64,000 bases of DNA. Origin: Candidatus Poribacteria bacterium. Its GTDB lineage: Bacteria > Poribacteria > WGA-4E > WGA-3G. The translations under genes were made by a program, and so were the position numbers. Of this stretch, positions 1-8,786 are shown piece by piece (positions within the stretch are counted from its first letter, which is position 1; every line of letters begins with the position of its first letter). The stretch spans positions 960,001 through 1,024,000 of the forward strand of contig CBDANF010000003.1 in the NCBI GenBank assembly GCA_965197475.1, read 5' to 3'. The notes beneath the pieces were generated by a model. It had not been told where the DNA came from. It searched no databases and saw only the letters and a list, made by a program, of their open reading frames with translations.

Positions 1-2
1 AG

Positions 3-215
3 ATAATAGGCGAACGGATAACCTACAACGAGGCAAATCGCTGTGCAGACGAATGCTGTTGATACCGAACGCCAGAGGGTGCCGAGATAGAGTTTGTCGA
101 ACAGGCGTTGATAGTTTTCCAGCGTGAAGTTCCATTCTATCCCGCCGTAGGTGCCGCGCTCCAGAAAACTATAGATGAATACAGAGATGAGTGGAAGAAG
201 GAAGAAACAAATTAG
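3..215 (+). CDS. Partial CDS (3' end), hypothetical; contains in-frame TGA at 60-62
   Basis: Frame 3 reads IIGERITYNEANRCADECC*YRTPEGAEIEFVEQALIVFQREVPFYPAVGAALQKTIDEYRDEWKKEETN to TAG 213-215; no start in window. Confidence 0.4.
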
Positions 216-255
216 CCAGAAGATAACGGGGGAGAGTAGGATTAGTAGGCGGTAA

Positions 256-3200
256 TTACGACGCATTTTCTTTCAAAAATTGGCGGATATTGTTCTGTAT
301 GTTCCACGGATCGGTGATTTCAAGAAAATCCCAGTACCCAAATTCGCCGCAACCGTTCACTGCTGGTAACCACATATTTTTGATAGTATTGACCTTCTGA
401 ACTTTATCTTCCCTTGGCATGCCAGAAACTTCAAGAATTAGGTTCACAATATCGTTAGAACCGTTTTTTCCTCTACGAATACGGGCAATAAAGTCAGGAA
501 CATATTGACGGCTTTCCCCGTTGTGATTGATGTATGGAATCGTGAAACCCAAGTTGTGGTTTTTGACATACGCAATTACCTCATCCATTTGTTCAAGTGC
601 CTGCGCGGTCTTCTGCTCCCAAGATTCTGTGTCAGCGACAACATGCGAAATGTGACATTTGTCTGGTTTTGTTTCCCATGTCGGACGTGAGGTTTCAAAT
701 AAGACATCTGATGTTGATCCAGTACGCCCTTTTATACGAGAGGAATGTGGAAAAATTGGGAGGAAAATCTTCTCTGAAGAAGCATTTTCAGAATTTGTTC
801 CTACAGATTGTTGTCCAGCATTGAGAATTCCCATGTGGATCCGATATGCAGCCTTTCGCGCGATTTCGCCAATGTGAAAAAACTGAGGATAGGTGTTGTC
901 TTTATAGGTAACACATTCTTGCATCCATCGGCGCGTGATACGAAGTAACTGTGGAAAAAGCCACCATTTCGATTTATTATCACTGTCACATAGGTAATTT
1001 TCCATAAGTACTCTGGTGAGATAGAACTCTGTTTGCTGGCTGCGGAACTTCGTCAGATAAGGCAATTCAACCTCTTTTGTCACTCCAGTAATAGCCTCAA
1101 TTTCTATACGTGACGGAATCTCTGCAGTAGAAAGTTCATAGTGAGAATCTTCAGTAAAAGTGGCATCCAACTTTTCTGATGGGAGGCAAGGACGATATCC
1201 AGCTATTCTCGGAAATGTGATTTCGCATTTCGCCTTTCTTTCAGGCAGTGCCTTAACTTCTATCACAGGATTAGGTTGTATCGCTTTTCCACTGCCGGTC
1301 GCAGGAATAAATGAGAACGGCACCCCATATACCTCCGCGTATTCTGGCGGAAAAGTTTCCAACTCTATATCATTGTCATTGACCTTGATAGTTGTCTTTT
1401 CCACATCGTAAGTGGAGCGGCGTAAGCCTCTGCCGACAACCTGTTCGCAGAGCAGCTGCGTGCTAAAAGCACGTACGCCAAGGATATGCGTTACCCGCCT
1501 TGCATCCCATCCTTCACTTAACATTGACACTGAAACGACACACTTAATCTGCTCCCCAAGTTTATCCTTTTTACCAACGGTATTTAGCACTTCACGCAAT
1601 ATTTCCTCATTTGAAACTTTTTCTACATTCAGCCTACGTTTGAACTGTTCTATCTGTGTTTTGGCTGCTTCCCTAAACGCACCTCTCAATGCTTCACCAG
1701 ATTCCAACTGGTTGCTATCAATGATTAGCGTGCTTAACTTTTCACTCCACTCACCGTTTTCCTCATTGCTAAAAATCGGCAAATTTCCTTTGACAATTAC
1801 CTTTTCTCCATCAGCGGTTAGTTTCTCCCATCCGGCAATCCAGTCGTAAACGAGTTTGGACACCTTTGTATTGTTGCAAACGACAATCATCACAGGTGGT
1901 GTTAATCCGTGTTGGTCTTTCTGCCATAAGTCATACGCCTTTTCATAATTGGTATAGAGGCTTTGGAGTGCTGTCTCCAATTCTTGTGGCAGCTGCGGTT
2001 CTCCGTCCGTAGAAATTCCAGTAAGTTTAGTACGAATAGTATCCCAGAGGCGGCGATAAATCGGATCTCTTGCCATTGTATCGTCTGCAACAGGGACACG
2101 AGGAACTTTTGCGATTCCACTTTCGATTGCATCTATCAATGCAAAATCGGATGCTACCCACGGAAACAAAACGCCTTCTCTGAGTTTCTTTCCACTCGGC
2201 GTAGTAGTGGAATAGCCTGAACCGCTCAGAAAGAACGGGGTAGCAGACAAATCGTAAACAGTTTTTACATTGAGTTTCGATTTCACCGCTTCAATTCCAC
2301 TTATCCACAAACGTACATCGTCTTCGGTTAAGTCTGATTTCTCATCTTTTTTACGATGGTAACAGTGATGTGCCTCATCGTTCAGCACAATGATATTTTT
2401 CTTCCTGCCGAGACTCCGACAGACCCGCGCAACCATCTCATCAGGTGTTTCTATGAAATTTTTTGCACTTTCTTCTCCGAGAACCTGTTCACTTACTTTG
2501 CTCAATTTTTCCTTTTTTCGGGTCTGAAAAGCGTGGTAGTTCGTAATGACGATTTTCGTCTGACATAACGTGTCAAAGTCACCGTGGGGAAGCAAGTTCA
2601 TTTTTCGATAGTCGTTTTCAGGATTTTCCGGTAGGAGGACCTGCAATCGATCGCGAATTGTCACACCAGGCGTGACAATGAGAAAAGCATCTGTGTAACG
2701 TTCGCTTCGGAGATTAGCTATTTTGTTCAACGTGTGATACACGATGAGCATTGCCATAACCACCGTCTTACCGGTGCCTGTTGCCATCTTGAATGCAATT
2801 CGGTATAGATCGGGATTTGCTTCCTTATTCGCGCTTAAAAGTGTTTGGTGGAATGCGTCGCCGCGATTTTTGTTTTCACATTCATTCAGATAGATAGCAG
2901 TCTCCACAGCCTCGCGTTGACAGAAAAAGAGGCGCGGTTCGTTTTCGGGATTGTTCCAATATTCAAGCAAACGTCTTGTAGTTGGGGTTACACCAGGATA
3001 ACCGCTGTTCCGCCATGCTGTTACTTGCGCGCGCACTTTGTTGATAAAAACGTTTGCCTCCCGAAGTTCTGGGTCAGGAAGAAGCGACATTTGCACGTCC
3101 TGTGACTGTTTTTTCGGTTTCGGCATCGGGATAAAGTATTCACTTCTACGTCTACCTTCGGTAATATCTTCTGTTATTCCACGGTCTGTAAATTTGAAGT

Positions 3201-3261
3201 GCCGTTGCGGTTCCTCATAAGGACTGTTGATTACAGGATTCTCTATTGTAACTTTTGACAT
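256..3261 (-). CDS. res: Type III restriction-like endonuclease/SF2 helicase subunit (Res)
   Basis: Walker A MATGTGKT, DEAH box (LNDEAHH), motifs SEGWD and QVVGRGLR, C-terminal PD-(D/E)xK-like YVPDF...LEV; start set at MSKVT (3261) after SD-like GAAGG. Confidence 0.88.
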   Translation of the reverse strand: MSKVTIENPVINSPYEEPQRHFKFTDRGITEDITEGRRRSEYFIPMPKPKKQSQDVQMSLLPDPELREANVFINKVRAQVTAWRNSGYPGVTPTTRRLLEYWNNPENEPRLFFCQREAVETAIYLNECENKNRGDAFHQTLLSANKEANPDLYRIAFKMATGTGKTVVMAMLIVYHTLNKIANLRSERYTDAFLIVTPGVTIRDRLQVLLPENPENDYRKMNLLPHGDFDTLCQTKIVITNYHAFQTRKKEKLSKVSEQVLGEESAKNFIETPDEMVARVCRSLGRKKNIIVLNDEAHHCYHRKKDEKSDLTEDDVRLWISGIEAVKSKLNVKTVYDLSATPFFLSGSGYSTTTPSGKKLREGVLFPWVASDFALIDAIESGIAKVPRVPVADDTMARDPIYRRLWDTIRTKLTGISTDGEPQLPQELETALQSLYTNYEKAYDLWQKDQHGLTPPVMIVVCNNTKVSKLVYDWIAGWEKLTADGEKVIVKGNLPIFSNEENGEWSEKLSTLIIDSNQLESGEALRGAFREAAKTQIEQFKRRLNVEKVSNEEILREVLNTVGKKDKLGEQIKCVVSVSMLSEGWDARRVTHILGVRAFSTQLLCEQVVGRGLRRSTYDVEKTTIKVNDNDIELETFPPEYAEVYGVPFSFIPATGSGKAIQPNPVIEVKALPERKAKCEITFPRIAGYRPCLPSEKLDATFTEDSHYELSTAEIPSRIEIEAITGVTKEVELPYLTKFRSQQTEFYLTRVLMENYLCDSDNKSKWWLFPQLLRITRRWMQECVTYKDNTYPQFFHIGEIARKAAYRIHMGILNAGQQSVGTNSENASSEKIFLPIFPHSSRIKGRTGSTSDVLFETSRPTWETKPDKCHISHVVADTESWEQKTAQALEQMDEVIAYVKNHNLGFTIPYINHNGESRQYVPDFIARIRRGKNGSNDIVNLILEVSGMPREDKVQKVNTIKNMWLPAVNGCGEFGYWDFLEITDPWNIQNNIRQFLKENAS

Positions 3262-3298
3262 TTGGATACCTTCTTTCAGTCTTAGGTTGGGTGTTCTC

Positions 3299-3790
3299 TT
3301 AACAGATAAGGTCAACATTAACGCCATGGTTTGCAAGCGCGTTCGTAAATTGAAGCCAGCCTCTATCTATCGCCAATAAAATAGTCGCTGTTTGTCCAGA
3401 TTCCTTCTGATACGCAAGCACAACAGCAATAAATTTTCGATCATTTTTGTGGAAACTCGTTAACGCGTCATCGCTGTTTGGAAACTCTTCAAAATCTGTG
3501 CCGTTTCCCGCTAATGGTGTGATCTTAATCATCGTACAAATGTCTGGATACCTCCAATTTTGCAGCAATCTTTTCACAAAACCGTCACCAACCCCTTTTT
3601 GTCTAACTACATTTGCATTTCTCTTGTACTCATTAAGAATTCTCCATCTATCGTCAACAACTGTCCTTATCTGTTGTAAAGTAATCTGTTTAAGTCGCTG
3701 CTGACAACGTTCTATGCAGTCCAAAGAGGCATGGTCTGCTTCGCCATTTGCGATGACGATAACGTTCGTATCTACGATAACTGCGTTCAT
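3299..3790 (-). CDS. PIN-like domain protein (copy 2)
   Basis: N-terminal VIVDTNVIV, acidic ILNEY and NDRKF...AID motifs typical of PIN folds; ATG overlaps upstream stop (TAATG). Confidence 0.65.
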   Translation of the reverse strand: MNAVIVDTNVIVIANGEADHASLDCIERCQQRLKQITLQQIRTVVDDRWRILNEYKRNANVVRQKGVGDGFVKRLLQNWRYPDICTMIKITPLAGNGTDFEEFPNSDDALTSFHKNDRKFIAVVLAYQKESGQTATILLAIDRGWLQFTNALANHGVNVDLIC

Positions 3791-5028
3791 TAACCCTCCA
3801 TTTTCTTTCGGCGTTCCATTTCTGCTTCAGCTCTTGCAAACAGCTCGCCCATCTCATTGCCAAAAAAGTTTTCTGGCCAGTTTGAAATGTTCCCAAATTC
3901 ATCCATTTTTAAGCGTTCAATATTAGAAACGCCTTCATCGTTCCGACAAAAATAGAGGGCAGTTTTATCAACGCTAATCTTTTCTTCAGCGATGCGCCGC
4001 TGCAAACGATTTAGCAGGTGTTCACTATGGCTTTCTACCAGAATCTGCAAGTTGCGTTCATTGACAACCTCTATTAGAAGATCCGCCAATTCAGATTGAA
4101 CCTTTGGATGAAGGTGAATACCGGGTTGTTCCAGAATCAATGTTGAACCCACTGGGGCATAGTAACAAAGCACTAAAACCGGTAAAAATTGGGATAAACC
4201 GTAACCCATGTCAGGCAGGTTTACCTTAGCACTGTCAGCTGTTTTTTGAATAAAAACATCATAATCCCGATCCACATTTGCCCCAGTCCGTTCAATTAAA
4301 AAAGAATATGCGAGTTCCATCTCTCGGAGCCACGCAGAGATTCGTTCCTCAATTGGAACATTTTTCCCCTCATAAGGTGTTGTTTGTCGATCTATGCGCG
4401 CGGAAAGTAGAGCGGAAATCATTTCCTCACCGCGTTGTCCTATACTTTCAGGATGCGTCCCTTCCCAATGATAGTGGCGTTGTGGTTGAATACGGACCGG
4501 ACCAATGTAACGAACGCGATCAAAAAGTTCCTTAAGTTCAGATGTAAATTGATTTTTTGAATTCTCAGCTGATCCAGACCAACAGAGTTCTTCGTAGATT
4601 CTTTGTGAGAAATCCGCGCATATTAATTCCTGATCTCCATACTTGAAACGGTAATAACCTTTTAGGCCAGGTAGCGTATTCTCTTGCCATAGGGCAGTAA
4701 CTTCAAAAGTGAAACTGTCAACAGTCAGTGGATTGACTTCAATGGTAAATGGATTTTGAATCTTACATCCAAACCCTAACTCAAGTGATTCCTCTACGTT
4801 ATGCCCATGAATTACCTCACGGAAACTTCCAAGATTGACAAGAGAATTTTCATCACCGAAGAAGAGGATCTCCTCGGTTCCAATCGTCTGCTTAAGCAAT
4901 AGCAGCATCTGCAACAGGCTACTCTTCCCAGAACTATTTGTCCCGAAAAAGCCTGTCAACGGTGCAAGTTTCACCTCAACACTATCTTTCCACGACTTGA
5001 AGTTTTTCATTCGGATATGCGTAATCAT
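3790..5028 (-). CDS. ABC-type AAA ATPase (AAA_15/AAA_21, DUF3696-like C-terminus), copy 2
   Basis: MKNFKS start, Walker A GTNSSGKS, signature-like DMGYG, Walker B LILEQP, H-loop ESHS, C-terminal NWPENFF; start set at MITHIR (5028). Confidence 0.85.
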   Translation of the reverse strand: MITHIRMKNFKSWKDSVEVKLAPLTGFFGTNSSGKSSLLQMLLLLKQTIGTEEILFFGDENSLVNLGSFREVIHGHNVEESLELGFGCKIQNPFTIEVNPLTVDSFTFEVTALWQENTLPGLKGYYRFKYGDQELICADFSQRIYEELCWSGSAENSKNQFTSELKELFDRVRYIGPVRIQPQRHYHWEGTHPESIGQRGEEMISALLSARIDRQTTPYEGKNVPIEERISAWLREMELAYSFLIERTGANVDRDYDVFIQKTADSAKVNLPDMGYGLSQFLPVLVLCYYAPVGSTLILEQPGIHLHPKVQSELADLLIEVVNERNLQILVESHSEHLLNRLQRRIAEEKISVDKTALYFCRNDEGVSNIERLKMDEFGNISNWPENFFGNEMGELFARAEAEMERRKKMEG

Positions 5029-5143
5029 TTTTTCTTCTCCATGTTGACATATTATAACGTGAGCTCCGTTTAACTTTAATGCACAATGGAATCGGTGCTG
5101 CAAACGCTTAGCCTTTTTATTCCTCACAATCGAGAGAACTCTC

Positions 5144-6082
5144 TTACTCCCACAGTAGGACTTTTCCATCTCCACAACCACTTACAAGTGTATAACTATC
5201 TGGCGAAAAACACAGATTGTTAACTTGTGCTGTATGTTCAGTAAGCGTTTTCAACTGTTTGCCTGTGTCAACATCCCATAGCAGAATTACGCCGTCTTCA
5301 TGTCCACTGGCAAGTATGCAACCATCCGTGCTAAAAGCGAGAGCGCGCGCATAAGCGTCACTCCCCTGCCTTGTAAATGCTTGGCGTTGTTCACCGGTAG
5401 CAACATCCCATAAATCAATACTGTGGTCCCAAAGTCCGCCACCAGAGGCAAGTGTACGACCATCCGGACTGAAAACTGTGCAAAAGGCTCCGCCGTTTAC
5501 CACTGCAAGAGTTTTGAGGCATGCACCTGTGGTAATGTCCCATAAACTAATCGGACATGGGCCGTCAAGAACGTTCTTTTCACATTCACTTATAGCGAGC
5601 ATTTTAGCATCCGGACTAAAAACTACTCCTAAAAAGCCGCCGTTGTCGTTCGCAATAAAGGTTTGCTCCAGCGTACATGTAGCAGTGTTAAACAAGTGAA
5701 TCTTTTCAACATCCCAATCCGACATCCCCCAAACCCTGGCTGCAAACGAGTTTCCATCAGGACTGAAAGCAATGAAATCACCTTCGTAATCGTGGACAGT
5801 TCTTAATTGTCTACCATTAGATGCCTTTGAAAAGCAAATCACCCCGTCTTCACTTCCACTAATGATCGTGTCCCCATCGGCACTGAAAACCATAGCGGTA
5901 ATAGGTGCCATGTCTGCTGTGATCAGAGCAATTTCTAACCCCGTTTGTGCATCGTAAATCAAAATGCTGCTGGTCCGGGTTACAGCTATTCGGTCACCAT
6001 TCGGAGGAAACCTGATGTCATTTATTGTGCCCGTACCGAGGGGTTGTGCCCATTCAGGTAAATTATCATGGTTTATTTTCAT
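5144..6082 (-). CDS. WD40 repeat protein, no signal peptide
   Basis: Repeated FSPDG..LASG...LWD units; AGGAG SD upstream. Confidence 0.85.
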   Translation of the reverse strand: MKINHDNLPEWAQPLGTGTINDIRFPPNGDRIAVTRTSSILIYDAQTGLEIALITADMAPITAMVFSADGDTIISGSEDGVICFSKASNGRQLRTVHDYEGDFIAFSPDGNSFAARVWGMSDWDVEKIHLFNTATCTLEQTFIANDNGGFLGVVFSPDAKMLAISECEKNVLDGPCPISLWDITTGACLKTLAVVNGGAFCTVFSPDGRTLASGGGLWDHSIDLWDVATGEQRQAFTRQGSDAYARALAFSTDGCILASGHEDGVILLWDVDTGKQLKTLTEHTAQVNNLCFSPDSYTLVSGCGDGKVLLWE

Positions 6083-6164
6083 AATATTATCTCCTATTGG
6101 TAGTTTTCATGCTGTCGCATAAATGTAATCATTTTCAATCCCTTTCTTTACCCTTATGTGTTCA

Positions 6165-6683
6165 TTAGGTGTCCTCTTCACAGATAAGGTCAACGGTAAC
6201 TCCGTAGTTTACCAGCGCGTTCATAAATTCAAGCCAACCTCTATCTATTGCCAATAAGATCGTTGGCACTTGTTCGGCATCACGCTGATACACAAGTGCA
6301 ACAGCAACAAATTTTTTATCTTTTTTGTGGAAATTATTTAATGCCGCGTCATCATTAGGAAATTCCTCAAATTCGGTGCCGTTTTCAACTAACGGGGTGA
6401 TTTGAACCGTGATAACCGTTTCGGGATAACTTTTTGGATTATAAAATCTTCTCTTCAATTCCAGCCAAAACCGATCTCCGAATCCACGTCCCTTTTCGTT
6501 CAGATTGTTTCTGTACTCTTGAATAAATCGTTTCTTGTCATCAAGTAAAACCATTTCCGGACCTCTGAGAATTTCAGCAAGTCTTGCTCGGCAACGGATA
6601 ACACACTCCTTTGATGCTTGCGGCGCAGCAGCCTTGCCATTTGCGACTACCATGACGTTCGTATCAATAATAACAGCGTCCAT
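6165..6683 (-). CDS. PIN-like domain protein (copy 1)
   Basis: VIIDTNVMV start, paralog of 3299..3790; TAATG overlap with upstream ATPase. Confidence 0.65.
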   Translation of the reverse strand: MDAVIIDTNVMVVANGKAAAPQASKECVIRCRARLAEILRGPEMVLLDDKKRFIQEYRNNLNEKGRGFGDRFWLELKRRFYNPKSYPETVITVQITPLVENGTEFEEFPNDDAALNNFHKKDKKFVAVALVYQRDAEQVPTILLAIDRGWLEFMNALVNYGVTVDLICEEDT

Positions 6684-7930
6684 TAACCCTCCGTTCCTTT
6701 TTCCGCTATGCTTTCGACCTGTTTGTCTGTCATCGCGAACATATCACCCATTACATCACCGAAGAAGTTTTCAGGCCAATTTTTAATGTCACCGGATTCG
6801 CTGTCTACATCTAACTTTTCAATTTCAGAAACACCTTCATCGTTCCGACAAAAATAGAATGCAGTCTGACCTGCAGCAATCCTTTCTTCGACGATTCGTC
6901 TTTGCAAACGAGTTAACAGATGTTCACTGTGGCTTTCTACCAGAATCTGTAGTTTCCGCTCCGTGATAACCTCTATAAAGAAGTCCGCGAGTTCAGATTG
7001 AACTTTTGGATGAAGATGAACGCCAGGTTGCTCCAGAATCAGCGTTGAACCTTCCTCCACATAGTAGCAATAAATTAGCATAGGTAAAACATCAGCTAAG
7101 CCATATCCCATGTCTGCTAATGTCACTTCCGCGCTGCTGGGGCTTTTTCGGATGCGAACTTCGTAATTTTGATCGTCTAAAGACTTGGTCGGAATAACCC
7201 GAAACGAATGGGCGAGCTCCATCTTTTGAAGCCACTCTGAAATCCGATCTTCAATTAGTACTGCGTCCTCTTTATTAGAGGATTTTAACTTCCGCACCCC
7301 CGCCGAAAGGACGGCATCAATTGCCCCACCTCCCCATTGGTCAATCCCTTTCGGATGTGTGCCTTTCCAATGATGGTGGCGTTGCGGTTGAATACGGACC
7401 GGACCAATGTAACGAACGCGATCAAAAAGTTCCTTAAGTTCAGATGTAAATTGATTTTTTGAACTCTCAGCTGATCCAGACCAACAGAGTTCTTCGTAGA
7501 TTCTTTGTGAGAAATCCGCGCATATTAATTCCTGATCTCCATACTTGAAACGGTAATAACCTTTTAGGCCAGGTAGCGTATTCTCTTGCCATAGGGCAGT
7601 AACTTCAAAAGTGAAACTGTCAACAGTCAGTGGATTGACTTCAATGGTAAATGGATTTTGAATCTTACATCCAAACCCTAACTCAAGTGATTCCTCTACG
7701 TTATGCCCATGAATTACCTCACGGAAACTTCCAAGATTGACAAGAGAATTTTCATCACCGAAAAAGAGAATTTCTTCGGTACCAATTGTCTGCTTAAGCA
7801 ATAGCAGCATCTGCAACAAGCTACTTTTCCCAGAACTATTTGTCCCGAAAAAACCCGTTAACGGCGCAAGTTCAACCTTACCACTATCCGCCCACGACTT
7901 GAAGTTTTTCATTCGCATAAATGTAATCAT
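6683..7930 (-). CDS. ABC-type AAA ATPase (AAA_15/AAA_21, DUF3696-like C-terminus), copy 1
   Basis: Same motifs as 3790..5028; start set at MITFMR (7930) after GGAGG. Confidence 0.85.
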   Translation of the reverse strand: MITFMRMKNFKSWADSGKVELAPLTGFFGTNSSGKSSLLQMLLLLKQTIGTEEILFFGDENSLVNLGSFREVIHGHNVEESLELGFGCKIQNPFTIEVNPLTVDSFTFEVTALWQENTLPGLKGYYRFKYGDQELICADFSQRIYEELCWSGSAESSKNQFTSELKELFDRVRYIGPVRIQPQRHHHWKGTHPKGIDQWGGGAIDAVLSAGVRKLKSSNKEDAVLIEDRISEWLQKMELAHSFRVIPTKSLDDQNYEVRIRKSPSSAEVTLADMGYGLADVLPMLIYCYYVEEGSTLILEQPGVHLHPKVQSELADFFIEVITERKLQILVESHSEHLLTRLQRRIVEERIAAGQTAFYFCRNDEGVSEIEKLDVDSESGDIKNWPENFFGDVMGDMFAMTDKQVESIAEKGTEG

Positions 7931-7990
7931 TTTTTCTGCCTCCGTGTTGACGCTATTTGTCTGAACCAGGGTTTTCAAGATTAGCAGACC

Positions 7991-8020
7991 GTAGGTTGGG
8001 TTGAGCTTGCGAAACCCAAC
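7991..8020 (+). repeat. GTAG-type REP downstream of RAYT
   Basis: GTAGGTTGGGTTGAGCTTGCGAAACCCAAC: GTAG tetranucleotide plus imperfect palindrome; inverted relative to the three copies at 8571-8772. Confidence 0.85.
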
Positions 8021-8032
8021 AAATGATCCTTT

Positions 8033-8581
8033 TCATTCATTACCAACATCCAAATCAAACGAAACCCCACCACTTGATCCCCACAATATGTCATACAATC
8101 CAACTTGCACATAATTATGAAAACTTGAGTATTTCCAATCTTTTGGGGATTTCACGAAACCATGTTTGACCGGATTGTAGTGAATGTACTCGACATGTTT
8201 AGTAAAATCTTCATCGTCTCGAATAGTATGTTCCCAAAATCTACGCTGCCAAAATGCTCGTTCCTGTTTACTTTGGCGTGATTTTGATATAACATTTTCA
8301 TATCTAATTTGGCAATGACGACTGAAGTAGCTTTTGATTAACCGCCATCGCATTGAGTAATCGGCATCACCTTCGGGCAAAGTCCAGATGCTGTGCATGT
8401 GATCAGGAAGCAGAACAAAGGCATTGATTTCCATAGGATGCCGCTGCATCGTATATCGAAATGCTTGCCTCAGTAATTTTACGTTATCTGGAATGCAAAG
8501 GAAACGTCTACGATCGTGGGTGGCAAGAGTAAAGAAATATGTTCCACCCTTGATTTTTGACCGGTGATATCTCATACACAT
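8033..8581 (-). mobile_element. REP-associated tyrosine transposase (RAYT, HUH Y1)
   Basis: GGTYFFT, HUH motif PDHMH, FWQRRFWEHTIRD, YIHYNPVKHG; flanked by inverted REPs. Confidence 0.92.
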
Positions 8582-8772
8582 AACCTTTATTTTGAATGAT
8601 GCGTTGGGTTTCGCAAGCTCAACCCAACCTACAGACTGAACTCATACACATAACCTTTATTTTGAATGATGCGTTGGGTTTCGCAAGCTCAACCCAACCT
8701 ACAGACTGAACTCATACACATAACCTTTATTTTGAATGATGCGTTGGGTTTCGCAAGCTCAACCCAACCTAC
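8571..8772 (-). repeat. Three tandem 70-bp units, each with a REP plus the RAYT translation start region
   Basis: 8571-8640 = 8641-8710; 8711-8772 is a third copy up to the REP end. Confidence 0.95.
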
Positions 8773-8786
8773 GGGCTACTGAACTG

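Noticed and set aside
3262-5181. Longer ORF-track starts for res (3336) and ATPase copy 2 (5181)
   Set aside because: They overlap upstream genes; downstream ATGs have SD sites and match the paralog or family N-terminus
8571-8772. Palindromic repeats with regular spacing resembling a CRISPR array
   Set aside because: The intervening sequences are identical rather than unique spacers, repeats are GTAG REPs beside a RAYT, and no cas genes are in the window
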